A stretch of DNA of 64,000 nt from Squalus acanthias. Lineage: Eukaryota. Made by a program: the position numbers and the translations under genes. The notes beneath the pieces were generated by a model. The model was not told where the DNA came from. It saw nothing but the letters and a program-made list of their open reading frames with translations, and did no database searches. The stretch's first letter is position 1, and every line of letters starts with the position of its first letter. The stretch covers positions 129,644,001-129,708,000 of the forward strand of contig CM059432.1 in the NCBI GenBank assembly GCA_030390025.1, given 5' to 3'. This document shows positions 12,187-25,702 of this stretch, one piece after another.

Positions 12187-13207
12187 GCCCCGATTTTAGC
12201 CCTTTGGTGGGATTGGTGCAGGTGGGGGGGTGGGGGTGGGGGATGGGGGGGGGTGGGGGATGGGAGAGCTGGAGTCTCCTACGGACTCGTCAACCTGAGG
12301 CCTGGGCCATTTTAACTCCCAGGCCTCATTTTAATACTGCAGACCTGTCTCCCGCTCAAAGCCAAGGCTGGTGGGTGGGAGCTGGACAGCACTGGAGACC
12401 CAAGGGAGCGGTCCTCAGCGTAAGGCAAGTTCTTGGGGGGGGGGGGTGGAAGGGAGGTTGGTTGCAGATATTGATACAATTTAGAGGAGGAAGAGGCAAG
12501 ATCACAACATGGGAGGCCCAAGGAATCCTTGTGAGGCCCAGATGAGAACTTCTGTTCCTAGAAATCTTTACAAAAATTTTAAAAATGAACTTACCTTGTC
12601 CACTTCTAGTCATGCTTTTGCCTCACGCCTGATTACACTGACGGCTTTGGTGCTTTGCGGGCCTCCCTCGATTTGAAGTTGTGATTGGTGGAGGGGAGGG
12701 GTTGGTGGGGAAGCCCAGGGCCGGGAAGGCTTATACTTTTCTGGTGGGGCCCAGAGAAGCAAGCCTGCTCTTCCTAGCCCTACAAGGAAATTTAAAGAAA
12801 GAAGGTCCACTTACCACTTTGGGTCTCTTTTGGCCTCGGCTCCTCTTCCCACTCTTCACCTGCACAGCAACGTTCCCCCTAAGCTGTGCGGCCACGCGGC
12901 GATTGGGAGGTCCCACGCAGGCCGCTCACCAGCTTTAACGCTGGAAAAGATACCGTGCATGCAATTTAAAGGGACCACGCACCTAAAATTAAAATTAGAG
13001 GCCCCGATGATCTGATTGGAGCCCAATCTGAATAGTTAAAGAAGGACTCTGCTGGCTTCCGGTGGGTGTTTCTCTTGCCTGCTCAGAAGAGCAGGTTGAG
13101 ATCGGAACCCGCAGGTAGACAGTGGGATCAGTGCGGATAAGACCCACGGGTCATTTTAACTGCTCACTCACCCAGTTTCCGCTGGGTGAACATTCAAATA
13201 TCGTCCC
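12187..13207. mobile_element. GC-rich non-autonomous Harbinger-like element (MITE-like)
   Basis: Degenerate termini (gccccgattttagccc ... aatatcgtccc) and internal organisation like other MITEs here. No TSD resolved. Confidence 0.5.
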
Positions 13208-14959
13208 TTTCTGCACAAGAGACGTCAGAAGCCTATTTAATTATACAGGGTGAATAAATGCCTGGCAGTAAAATTACAAAGCAAAAGTATAGTTAAATGG
13301 TTGGATAACAGCATAAGCTGTGAATACAAATCTTCATTGGTTTATGAGGGCCAGAAGAACTGAATAGATTGAATTACAATTTCAATACCTTGCCAGGCAT
13401 TTGTATTGTGAACTATGATACCAATGCATGTCCCAAATTACAGAGGCATATTCAGTTCTCATAAATTAATGGCAGACTTCAGGGAGTATTTTACCTCAAC
13501 TTGGATAATCCCATTTACTTGTCTTTCTGAAAGAGCTGCTATTGTAGATACATTTTGACTGTTTCCAACAAAATGCAGAAAGCTAACACCAGGATAACAG
13601 AAAAACTGGCTGCGCAGATCAGTGTTTTCATAGGGGATGCCAAAAGTCTGACTCTTAAGTACATTAGATCTGTTGATGCATGTGTCAGTTAAAGCTGTTG
13701 TATTACGTTGTGTTACGAGCATCTTTCACATGTTGATATATTAAATACAACAAAAGACTCCATATGGATGTTTCCTAGTCGGATTTTCCGACATCTGATT
13801 GCACAGTAAAAACACTTTGAAGACATATATGTAAGCTACATCAACACATTAATGTTCAGCGCATTCAATATTATCAGATAACGATGAACTGAAGATGGAT
13901 CATGGTGTGACGAGAAGCCAAACTAAGCATATCCTGTGCAGATAATTAATGTAAGTAATATCATAAACACTAATCTCTAGGTTCATAGAACATGGCTACT
14001 CCCTCCTACTACACTGCTAGAAAAATAGATCTATTACAAGGCTTCCTGGCATAAAACTGTCCCTCGCTGAGCCTGGCGCTGTAAAGCAAGGCAGGAAACA
14101 GGTTCACAGCTGCAGTCCCGAGAGGCCTGGCCTTCTGGTCACAGTTGGAGAGCAACAGCTCGAAGCCTCCGAGGACTGAAGATCATCTAGGCAGCAGGGC
14201 GGTACCTACTAAATCTCCAGCGATGTCTATTCCTGGATCTTTGGACTGCCGCTGTGAACCCTGCTGACCTGTCGGTCTGTGGGGCTCCAGGCACGAGCCC
14301 TACCGCCAGGTTTCTTCAGGCACCCCCCATTAGGGCGGTCAATAGTTGGCTGGCAAGGAAATTGCAGCAGGAGGCCGGGAATGGCTCATTTGCAAAGCTT
14401 AGTTTACACCTACGCTAGGTTCCGGACCAGTAACAGACCTTTGGGAAGCCTCAGCAATTCCCAGGTCTCTGCCCCTTTTTCCATCTTTGCTGCGCCTGGG
14501 AACTAAGCAATCCCCAGGTGCAAGAAACGGGAAAATCTACCCTTCACCGTCTATTCTTACTCATGAAGAATCAGATACTAGAGGGTGCCCAGTCACCAGG
14601 CAATTATCTTTCAGCAAGCAGCCAATGGGCTCGATTTTGTCATTGGGGTGGGCTGGGGTCGTGTCATCCGCTTTTCGTGTTAGCCACCCGACTCCAATTG
14701 GATGTGGGAGAATTATTCGATTTTCCCCTAATTGGGCAATTGAGTTCCAGCATGTGGGAACCCATGACCCAATTAGTTTTTTCAGTCTGAAAGTCGCCTC
14801 TGATGATGTCATCATTGCTGTTGCATTTAAGGTCTGCAGAGACTGGGAAGCTTTTGGCCTTTGCTGTGAGAGGGACCTGGAGGCAAAATGAGCAGCAGGA
14901 CACCTAAGTCTGCTCCCAGATTTTTTTTTTACCACCACCACCACCACTCCAGGCTCCAT

Positions 14960-15462
14960 AATAAGAACATAAGAAGTAGGAGCAGGAGTGGGCCATACGA
15001 CCCTTCGGGCCTGCTCCGCCATTCAATAGGATCATGGCTGATCCGAACCTAGACTCACGTCCACTTCCCCGCCCGCTCCCCATAACCCTTAATTCCCTTA
15101 TCAGCTAGGAAACTGTCTATCTCAGTTTTAAATTTATTTAATGTCGCAGCTTCCACAGCTCTCTGAGGTAGCAAATTCCATAGATTTACTACCCTCTGAG
15201 TGAAGAAGTTTCTCCTCATCTCAGTTTTGAAACGGCAGCCCCTTATTCTAAGATTATGCCCCCTAGTTCTAGTCTCACCCATCAGTGGAAACATCCTCCC
15301 CGCCTCCACCCGATCAAGCCCCCTCACAATCTTATATGTTTCGATAAGATCGCCTCTCATTCTTCTGTATTCCAATGAGTAGAGGCCCAACCTACTCAAC
15401 CTTTCCTCATAAGTCAACCCCCTCATCTCCGGAATCAACCGAGTGAACCTTCTCTGAACTCC
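14960..15462 (-). mobile_element. CR1 (HER1-like) LINE 3' end
   Basis: VQRRFTRLIPEMRGLTYEERLSRLGLYSLEYRRMRGDLIETYKI...TRTRGH...FFTQRVVNLWN, with (ataagaac)n tail. Confidence 0.95.
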
Positions 15463-15964
15463 AAAGTTCCACAACAATGGTTATGACTGCTAAAAGTTCC
15501 CCCAGAATGATGATTGATCAAATCTCCTTCTTAATGGTGGACCTGCAGCTGATAGTCAGCAATCCAAGTGTGCTACCACCAGGTTTCACCGTTGTGTTTC
15601 AGAGGAGGCGTGCATCATGTCAGAAAAGTGTTAAAATCAGAAAGGCCTCTCAAAATAGGATTATAGAGGTAATTAAGTGGTTGTTAAGGACCTTAAGGGC
15701 CTATCCCGCCTCTTGAAGGCGGGATGGAGACGGGATCAGAAACCACGCATTTGGGAAAATTGCTCGGAGGTGGGATGGAGGCGGGGTCAGGCCCGCCCGC
15801 TATTTTTTGCAATTTTAACACCCCACACACCTCCATTCCCGCCTCCTCGGGCCTGGCAAAATCGAGCCCAATGACTTCAGGAGAGAAGAGGAAGAAATAA
15901 TGCGGCTTAAAATAACAAAATAAATTTGCAGACTCAGCACTATATTATCAAACACAGATTGCTA

Positions 15965-16431
15965 GGGATCGATTTTAACCCACGCTCCCCGGTGGGAACG
16001 GAGCGCGGAAGGCCACTAAAAGCGATCAATTCGACATACCGCCCCATTTTTTATCAATTAATTCTGGGGATATGGGCATCGTTGGCAAGGCCAGCATTTA
16101 TTGCCCATCCCTAGTTGCCCATGAGAAGATGGTGGTGAGCCTTCATCCTGTGGTTGTGTTTTTTCAGGGTGTGTTTGAAATGAGAATCAAAGGTGATGTA
16201 ACAAAAAGCCAACTGTTCAGAGTGCTGGACAAGGAAGGTGGGAAGGACTGTAGCCAGGTGTTCCTGAGAGAGATTGGGAAACGAAGAGCTATACTCACCC
16301 TTGCTACTCTTGTGAGGTTATTGAAATGTTTTCTCGACTGGATCTCGGTCCTAGGGGCGATGCTGCTGGAGCAGACGATATCAGCCACCTCTCATCAGGC
16401 TGAAACCTGCTGGGAGTTAAAATCGACTCCC
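15965..16431. mobile_element. Harbinger-like MITE containing a LINE 3'-tail fragment (about 16065-16140, minus)
   Basis: TIRs GGGATCGATTTTAAC / GTTAAAATCGACTCC(C) with CTA (or TAG) flanking both ends. The internal piece matches the 3' tail of the 60-63 kb LINE. Confidence 0.65.
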
Positions 16432-17999
16432 TAGACATCAGCTACAGAGTGCCGGGGATCAGACATTGTTCCCAGCCTCACTGCACTACAAGACATTTTC
16501 TTTTAATTAAAATAAATTCTAATTACTGTTGCAATTGTTAAGTATCTTTGTCACAAGAGTGCCAAACTGTACAAATGGTAGATGGAATAAACTAGAGAAG
16601 GAGAAAGGACAGGGAGTGGAACAAAGTACAGTAACAGGAAGAGGAAGACTGGAGAAAGGACATGCTTGAGAGTCATTAAGTGAGATTGAGACAAGGACGG
16701 AGCAGAGAGAGGTAGAGAGTAGTAGGGGTGTGAAACCAGGGAAAGGAATAAGCTACAAGCAGCAGACAATGGCTATTTGTAAGTTTTTTAATTTGTTGTT
16801 CATTGTAGTTGCTTTTTATGTATTGCAAGCTCTACTGTCTATTTCAGAGAATTATTCAAATATAAGATCGCTGTAATGTTCCTTTAAAATTCCTGATTAG
16901 CTCTTAATGGTGGTACAATTACATTGGTAATTTTTACCATTATCATTTGACTCACATTTGGGTGAGCAGTGTTGTGTGGCAAGCTGATTGTTCATATAGT
17001 ATCAGTAATGGACCATATTTGGAATGTGGGTTTCATGATCCAGTCAGTGATTTGTGGCAGGTATTAATTACTGTCTCGCCTGCAGGAGTGTTGTTTATGG
17101 ATTCTGCCTGCTACTTAGGATAAGCCTCACTCTTTTAGTAGAATGACATATGTGCTGCTTGACTGATTAGGGCTGAGAAAAATTGAGAAAAGCAGAAAGA
17201 TCTGTTTTGTCTATGGTGGAGATTATGCTGTACCTGAGGCTGTCTCTTGTACAATGTTCTGCTGCTCACTGTTTCTCCATAATCCCCATCTAATGGACTT
17301 AGAATATTAACCCTTTGGTGACAACTGTAGTAATATTTTGGGGCTGGGATAAAAATAAAATATTATTTTAGTTTTCTAGTCCTCAATCATCCATGAATTT
17401 CAAGAAATGACCCTGAATGTCCCTAATTTACCAGTAGACTAAATTAGTCCAGAATTATCCTAGACTGAAGCCACATGTGATGTAAAACATGATGCTTGTG
17501 CTCAAAACCAACATTTTGGTGGATTCCCCGCTCAGGCCTGAGTTAAAAATTACAGTCGGGTCTCAATTATGTCACCAGGCCACAACATGCCTATGTAAAG
17601 AAGGACCCTGTTGGCTCCAGGCGCGTGTCCTTGCTGCCTGCTCAGGAGAGCAGGTTAAAATTGCAGATGTTGCGATCATGGCGGCTTTTGGACAGGTAAG
17701 AGCCAGGGCGATTTTAACTGCCCACCCGCCAGGTTTTTACTGAGCAATTAGGGTTAAAATCACCCCCAAATGTCTGACTTAGACCAACCGAGGTGGGAAA
17801 TGGTGCTCAGACACAGCTTGACTGTGTGCTTAGAAGTAGCATTTATTACAGTTGCAGCAGTAAGAAAGATATCTCTGCTTGTTTTCCCCAGAAATGGGGC
17901 TTGGGGAATTGGTATATCCATCATTTAGCTTTACACAGGAGTCATTGTGACTGATAAAAGTCCTGTGATTCTGCACATTTCTCTAGATGAGGATCAAAG

Positions 18000-18652
18000 A
18001 TAGAATGGTTAAAGCACAGGTGGCAGCCATTCGGCCCGTCGAGCCCGCGCCAGCTCTCTGCAGAAGCACTTCAGCTAGTCCCACTCCCCCGCCCTTTCAC
18101 CGTAGGCCTGCAACATTTTTTCCTTCAAATACTTATCCAATTCCCTTTTGAAAGCTACGATTGAGTTTGCCTCCACCACCCTTTCAGGCAGTGCATTCCA
18201 GATCCTAACCACTCGCTGCATAAAAAGGTTTTTCCTCATGTCGCCTTTGGTTCTCCTGCCAATCACCTTAAATCTGTGTCCTCTGGTTCTTGACCCTTCC
18301 GCCAATAGGAACAGTTTCTCTCGATCTACTCTGTCTAGACCCCTCATGATTTTGAACACCTCTATCATATCTTGTCTCAACCTTCTCTGCTCTAAGGAGA
18401 ACAAACCCAGCTCCTCCAGTCTATCTACGTAACTGAAGTCCCTCATTCCTGGAACCATTCTTGTAAATCTTTTCTGCACCCTCTCTAAGGCCTTCACATC
18501 CTTCCTAAAGTGCGGTGCCCAGAACTGGACACAATACTCCAATTGAGGCTGAACCAGTGTTTTATAAAGGTTCATCATAATTTCCTTGCTTTTGTACTCT
18601 GTGCCTCTATTTATGAAGCCCAGGATCTCGTAAGCTTTTTTAACCACTTTCT
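18000..18652 (-). mobile_element. CR1 LINE 3' end
   Basis: ORF 18075-18647 contains LYKTLVQPQLEYCVQFWAPHFRKDVKALERVQKRFTRMVPG. Confidence 0.95.
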
Positions 18653-18659
18653 AAACCAG

Positions 18660-18759
18660 CAAGGTTTGAATTATTTGAATTCTCTGAGGAGAGCATGGAA
18701 TTTTTAGTCCAGGCCTCTTGGTTACCAGTCCAGTAACAACCACTACACTGCTGTACCCT
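18660..18759 (-). mobile_element. tRNA-derived head fragment of the SINE/LINE family at 59-63 kb
   Basis: Reverse complement gggtacagcagtgtagtggttgttactggactggtaaccaagaggcctggact matches 59995-60045. Confidence 0.7.
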
Positions 18760-19146
18760 ACCTAGCATTCAACAATAGTGTAGGAAAGGGTTGGTAAAGA
18801 AACTAAGGAATTATGTAAAATAGCAGCATCCACATCAACACAACCTAATGCAAGGGTCAAAATACATCCAAGTATCTATCCTCGAAGGGCTGAATGGCCT
18901 ACTCCTGCTCCTATTTCTTATGTTCTTTCACTAAAGCAAACGCAACTTTACATTTTCAGAATGAAAAGATCGTGTTAAGAATCCAACTGCTGCAAACCAG
19001 GCTATTAAGTTACTAATGACCCATTTTAGATGGGCTTGGATGGAGCTCACCCAAACAATGTGAATTTTGGTGTGGGACCTCACTAACATAACCCACAAAC
19101 CCTGCTGCTGTGGCTCCCCTCCCCTCCCCCCATCCCCAGGAGGAGG

Positions 19147-19528
19147 AGGGTTGCCAACTCTCCAGGATTGCCCTGGAGTCTCCAGGAATTAAAGAGTAAT
19201 CTCCAGCACACTGCTGTAAGCAACCAGGGAGAAATATTGTAGAGGCATTAAAAATATTGTCCTTTTTATTAAAGTTTCTTTCAACACTAGTTATAAAAAT
19301 ATTGGGCAGGGGAAATAAATGCAGTTTGACTGACAGTCAAGAATCATCTAATTGGGTAATGAAGAGTCTATTCACTTTCTGATTGGTGAAGGAATGCTGT
19401 GCACTCCGAGGATGGACATGTTGGGGGACCAATGTCGGGAGCGTGGGGGGGGGGGTGGGGTTGGTTGGAGGCAGGAGGTCATGTGATGAAACCTCCAGGA
19501 ATACAGCCAACCAGAGTTGGCAACCCTA
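19147..19528. mobile_element. MITE with (T)AGGGTTGCCAAC TIRs (hAT/Tip100-like), copy 1
   Basis: TIRs agggttgccaactct / agagttggcaaccct. An inverted homologue lies at 52968-53342. Confidence 0.8.
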
Positions 19529-20749
19529 CCCCCCGCCATGAACCTATCTTCCTTCGGCTTGGAGACTGGTGGGGAAGGGGGAGGTGGGGGTGTGTGGTGG
19601 CATGATATTGTGGTGGCCCGGAGTCGGCGGGCTGCCCTGGAGCGCTTGGTTTCCGGCCGCAGCCTGCCGGCCCAATGCCAGGGCCTCCTGGCAGGACTAC
19701 CAGACAATCAGCCGTTGCTTTCTGCCGGCCAGCCACCCGAATCTGGGGGGAAATCCACTCCCTAGTTTTTAATTTGTGCTCCCTGTTAAATAAAGTATCT
19801 TATCCAAACAAAATATAGCTCCCGCTTTGAATATTTACCTTTATTGAATTGGATTTAAGATGAGACAAAGTTCCTTTTCCCCAAAATTTCATTGTGTTCT
19901 TTTTCCCAAAACATCGCAAAGTTGGAAATATGTCTTTATTTAATTTAATGAAAAGGTAATAGAGATGAGGGAACACCACCCGAGTTTCAAATGACTTGTT
20001 TGACTTTGAAATCGCTCTCACTTCGGTCAAGCATGAAAAGAGAAGCTGTGTCAACTGAGTTTACGCAGCTGAATATACAAAGTTCCGAGTTCCTTTTGTC
20101 AGGGTTAGAATGTCAGTTAGCCCATGTCGGTGACTCTGAATGTTGTCTTTCTAGCAAGTTCCCCTAATCTTTCGTGGGAAAGGGCAGTGAAACCAAACAA
20201 TACACCGCAGGCTATTCCCACTCCATGAGTGGACTCCTGGTACATTTCAAGGATTCCATCTGCTTAATAACTTCAGTTCAAGACTTGTTTCAGCAGTGTG
20301 CATGTAGGGTACATTCATTAATCTAAAGCTTTGATTGCTTTGGTGCAATCTCTTTTGTCAGAGGCTTGGAAGTATAAGCAGGTCAGCTCGAAATCTGTTT
20401 GATTTACTAGTTTTGAAAGCAGGCTTTGAAGCTAGATTATATCAGATTCCTACTGGTGTTTATGGCTAGTGCTTTATGATAGGGACATCAATATCATGTA
20501 AGCTTTCACTGAATTTGTACAGCAATAAATAAATGTTTGAAGTACCAGAGAGATATATATTGTGAAGTTCTTGAGTCAGAAAAGCAACCTTCACATTCAT
20601 CGAAAATACACTTAGCAGCTTACTTTTCAGAGACATCTTAGGAATCTTTGAAACACTAAAGTGACTAGGTAGCTTCTAGGCTTCTGAGTAATAATAATAA
20701 AAAACAAAGCAATTTGTAAATGGGATGAAGAATTGTTCCCAGTATAGAA

Positions 20750-21137
20750 CTGTCTCCGTTCCTGTCTCAGCTCATCTGCTGCTGAAACCCTCATCCCCCA
20801 GACTCGACTATTCCAATGCTCTCCTGGCTGACCTCCCACCTTGCACCCTCCGTAAACCTGAGCTCATCCAAAGCTCTGCTGCCCGTGTCCTAACTGGCAC
20901 CCAGTCCCGTTCACCCATCACCCCTCTGCTCCCTGCCCTACACTGGCTCCCGGTCCAGCAACGCCTCAATTTTTAAATTCTCATCCTTGTGTTTAAATCC
21001 CTCCGTGGCCTCGCCCCTCCCTATCTCTGTAACCTCCTCCAGTCCTACAACCGCCCCCTCCAATGCTGCCCTCTTGCACATACCCAACTTTCATCGCTCC
21101 ACCATTGGTGGCCGTGCCTTCAGCTGCCTAGGCCCTG
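20750..21137 (+). mobile_element. L2 LINE 3' coding fragment
   Basis: RLDYSNALLADLP...IQSSAARVLT...SPITPLLPALHWLPVQQR. Confidence 0.9.
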
Positions 21138-22249
21138 TAACAGAGACAAAGCACTGGAAAACAAATGAATAGCGCTGTACTGAAAATATTTTTAAACAGC
21201 ATCTGTAAAAGTCACCATATGTTTGCAGCAGAACAGTTTGGGCTAGTGGCACCATTTTACAGCTCAGTTTGGAATCTCTTGCTGTAGAAGGCGGTGGTGG
21301 TGGGGGGGGGCGGTGCATGGGGATTTGTTCGAGAGGGGGGCGATCCCAAGGTTGGCTACGAACCACCGCGCCAAAAGTGATGCGCATGAGAACCACATAA
21401 GATTGAGCCTCTTGCGTCTTCAGGGCTCCAGCGGCGTGCTGGGGACACCAGTCACACCCTCGAAGGGGCAGTGCCCCAGTCCTCAAGAGGACAAAGAGGC
21501 CAGCACCAGCCCCACAGTGAGTCCAGAAGGAAGTAGCGGGGAGGGGGTGAGGTGGAGATCGGGAGGGGACCAAGCAGTGGCTGTCAGCGGCCCAGAGTTT
21601 TAATGGTTCATGAGCTAGCAGAGGACGACTAGATTTCAAAATGGAGATGAAAATGAGATCTACCAATAACTGTTCAGCAGAGAAGGGTTATACAAAACAA
21701 TACTTGAGGTTCTACCAATCCGTGTTCTTTTGTGAACTCCATATCACTTTGTTCTCAAAGCACTCTCACAATTCTCGCTCTTCAGTACGAATGGCCAGAA
21801 ATGACGCCAATAGCTCACTTTAAATAAAACAAATGTGGAGGCCTGGAGTTCTGTATATGTATAGCATTAAGCAGAGTAAATAAAAGTGATACATTTGAGA
21901 ATCTATTAAATTCTTTCTACGCATTTCCCATGACCCGGTTGTCACACTTAGTTCCAAACAAATTTACTACTCATGGTCAAATTTCTTCCAGCTGATTGGC
22001 TGAAACGCACATCTTTCTATGTATATGATGTAGGCCAATCAATACTCAGAAAGAGTGTCAAAACCCCTGACACGAGGCCACAGCAGTGAGAGACCAGCTG
22101 CACAGAGCTCACATTGCACGGCCATCACACAGCAAATATCCCCAGCCAGATCAGAGCACAACCTCTGCAGCACTCCTCGCTGTAACCACAGCAACCCAAC
22201 CATAGCTTCCCCAACCCCTGAGGCTACAACATGCTGTGACAGTTGTACA

Positions 22250-22520
22250 ATTACAACTTGCATTTATATAGTACCTTTAACATAGTAAAACGTCCCAAGG
22301 CGTTTCACGGGTGCGTTATCAGAGAAAATTTGACACCGAGCAACGTAAGGAGATATTAGGACAGATGACCAAAAGTTTTGTCAAAGAGGTAGGTTTTAAG
22401 GAGCCTCTTAAAAGGAGAAGAAAGAGGCAGAGAGGTTTAGGGAGGGAATTCCAGAGCATAGAGCCACGGCAGCTGAAGGCACAGCCGCCAATGGAGGGTC
22501 GAAGGTAATCGGGATGGCCC
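22250..22520 (-). mobile_element. L2 LINE 3' tail
   Basis: acaacttgcatttatatag tail and GGCAFSC...LWNSLPKPL on the minus strand. Confidence 0.9.
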
Positions 22521-22610
22521 AACCACCAAACCTCATAGAATGGGTTACGACTACGACTACCAATGTTGCCTTCCACTTCAGAACATCAACAAAACACCCA
22601 TCAACACTAA

Positions 22611-23345
22611 GGGGGCGTAATTCCCATCGTTAGCGCCTCCGGTGGGGGCAGAAATGGCTTTACGCCCCCCCGCACCCCCACCCCCCACCCCGAGGTGATA
22701 ACCGCGCCTCCCGCGAAATTCCGTGGGAGGTTAGCGCCTCGATCTTCTGCGCCCGGAGATCATGACGTCATCTCCGGGCGCAGCGCCCTGGGAGAAAAAT
22801 TCCCCCTCGCGCCCCGCAGCAGCGCCGGGCGATGTTACCGGCTGTTGCAGGGGTCGCGAACAGTGAGGCTGGCCGCTCACGGTGTGCCATTTAAAGGCGC
22901 GGTGGCCGGCCGACATGAAAAAAAGTGCCGATTTTAAAAAAGAAATTTCTGAGCACCGGACGCAGGCTGAGTGCCACGATCGGTCAGCCCGGCACTCAGC
23001 TGATCACGTGGCACTCCCGCACCCCGGTGCTCCAGCAGATGCCGAAGAAAAATGCAGAGCTCGCAGTGGGGAGCCCTTCTCTTTAATTGAGGGAAAAGCC
23101 CCTTGAACGAGGCAACGCTATGTGTGGCCACACGTGGCGCTGCTGAACACATCACCCCGGATCGGGACATTCCCCGCCTCTTACGCTCCAAGAGGCAAGT
23201 GGAGCGCTTGATTTAGCGCCCCACTTCCTTCTTGGAGCAAAAAATGGGAATTTCTTAAATGTTTGGAAAGATTAGCGCCTGCCGCTAACTTTTCAAACAT
23301 TTTTGACTTAGCGCCCCAATAGCCCTCTAGGGAAATTTCTCCCGC
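22611..23345. mobile_element. CpG-rich Harbinger-type MITE
   Basis: Imperfect TIRs GGGGGCGTAATTCCC / GGAAATTTCTCCCGC, 3-bp TSD TAA (22608-22610, 23346-23348) and repeated ttagcgcc motifs. Confidence 0.8.
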
Positions 23346-24119
23346 TAAGAATATGATCTGCCAGCTATTCAAAGAAAATTGCTCTCCCACCAACAGGACA
23401 CTGACGTCAGACATCCATGGATGAAGGTAGCACCATCGTTAATGACATTTTTCAAAACTTGACAAATTTCACCTCCTGTCTCCCAGCAGTTTCTGCTTAC
23501 AAACTCCCTCACCAGCACCCCCGAGTGCCACCTATCACCTACTCCCCTATCCCCTCTCCCACAAACTCCTTCATACAACCTCACAAAGTCCACTTACACT
23601 TTTTCTTAGCTACTTGCAAACATGTTGTTATCACTGTCCCTTCATTCTCTCCACAACCCAGACTCCCTTCCACACAAACTCAGCAACTTCATCTACACCA
23701 TCCCCTATCACCACTTGCCATGTATTCCAATAGCAGTGGCACCTATTAACACTTACCATATCCTCCGGCTAGAGCATGCGCGAGCGGTGCCTCAGAAGCA
23801 TCTCCTTTGACTTACCAATAGAGTTGTCACGGGAGATTCAGTAATCTATAATTAAAACTCTTGCTGCAAGTGCGTGTCTCTCACCCATAAAACTGTCACA
23901 CATGAAAAGTGTATGTTGCAATGTCTGTCAAATTTACCTGATTGCTTCAAATATCATATTCAGAAAAAAGCAAAAAAATCACAGCAAATTGCTGTTATCT
24001 GAGTGATGTTGATTGCGTGAAATATTACTTAACAGATATGAAAGTTGGTAAGAAACCCACCAATGAGCAAGCAACAAGCAGGTAGGAAACTATCAATAAA
24101 CAAACAACAAGCCTCCTGT

Positions 24120-24430
24120 TTTCTTTCATTCATGGGATGTAGGCGTTGCTGGCAAGGCCAGCATTTATTGCCCATCCCTAATTGCCCTTGAGAAGGTGGT
24201 GGTGAGCCGCCTTCTTGAACTGCTATAGTCCGTGTGGTGAAGGTACTCCCACAGTGCTGTTAGGGAGGGAGTTCCAAGATTTTAACCCAGTGACGATGAA
24301 GGAACGGCGATATATTTCCAAGTCAGGATGGTGTGTGATTTGGAGGGGAACTTGCAGGTGATGGTGTTCCCATGCGCCTGCTGCCCTTGCCCTTCTAGGT
24401 GGTAGAGGTTTGTGGGTTTGGGAGATGCTG
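24120..24430 (-). mobile_element. 3' end of the tRNA-headed LINE family
   Basis: PLPPRRARAAGAWEHHHLQVPLQITHHPDLEIYRRSF...WNSLPNSTVGVPSPHGL matches 62900-63180. Confidence 0.9.
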
Positions 24431-24780
24431 TACATTTCTCTTCACTCCACCCCACCATGAGCTCCTCTGGGCCGGGCGACCATCCTGTGTGTGAATCCAG
24501 GCAAGCAAAAATAATGGAGGGGGCAGGAACATGATTCGAACACCCCCCTTCCTCCCTCACCATTCCCATCGGGCGGTTGGGAGGGGGGGCGGCACAGGGG
24601 AGGTGGTTAAAGTCGGCCCTCAAGAAAGTTAATTTAGGGAGAAAATGAAGTGTGCAACAGCAAGTAACATGGCACATTAGATATGTAAATGCATATTCTT
24701 AAGGGGAACTCTCCTGATATTGCTGCAATAGTGCTCTTCTCCCCAACTGAAACAAATGTTAATGCAGAAGCTGCACTTCT

Positions 24781-25665
24781 GGGGGAAAAATTGAGTCACG
24801 CCCCCTTTAGGGCGCAAACTTCGCCGGAGAGCTACTTTTAGCGCCCCGATAAGATTAGCGCCCCCACGGCCGAAACTCATTGGTCGCGCCCCAAGAGGGA
24901 AGCAGGGCGCTACTGGAAGCGCCCTGTCTCCCTCTTGGGGCGCTGCGAGGGAATATCGTGGCGCTACGTGCCGTGGTATTGCAGGCCTTCCTCCCCTTCT
25001 TAAAGGGGAGGGGCCTTGCGCAGCGCGACCCGGGGCCCAGCTGGGCCACTGGGATCGGAGTGCCAGCAAAAGAGCCCGGCACTCAAGAGAAGTGAGGTCG
25101 CTGAATTTTTTTGCAGTACTGGTGCCGCAGTCTTGGGGCATGAAGGAGTTGACATTCAGTGCCAATGCCACCTCCTTCCAGATGGCACGAGTTACATTCC
25201 TGACAGGGTTGGTGGCACCCACACCCAGGAGACTGCCTTTAATCTCCTTGAGGAGGGCTTGGAGGCCTGAATGAGTAAAGTTGTGTGTTTTCCTGCTCTG
25301 TTGCTCCCTCGCTACAAACTGTGCTGTGTGGTCATTATCCTGCAACAGTACAACAAAAATATTGCTAAGACATGCAGTGAAGTTACTTGAGAGTGGAGTG
25401 AAAGAGCCCAGAACAGTTCCTCGCTCACCTTGTTCTTGAGTCTGCTGCTGAAGATCGCAGGCTAGATTCCTTTTATAAAAGCTGAACAGGAGTTTCCATG
25501 TAATTCAGCTGCTTAAGTGCTTTTTACATGGGTATTATGCCAATGACTGCACCAATAGGAATGTAAATGAGCAGACTTAGGGAACCTGCGAGTAACTCCA
25601 GTTCCAGGCCTGTGCAATTGAAAGGTGCAACAGCAGTGTAACTCACTTCAAGGAAATTCTAGGCC
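24781..25665. mobile_element. Composite Harbinger relic: CpG-rich MITE end joined to a Myb/SANT-like fragment (about 25090-25290, minus)
   Basis: GGGGGAAAAATT start. 24990-25095 matches 51128-51230. The minus strand encodes FTHSGLQALL...WKEVALALN...KKFSDL. Confidence 0.65.
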
Positions 25666-25702
25666 TGTGTATATTTAGAATTTAGAAAGGATTAGTTTAG
25701 TA

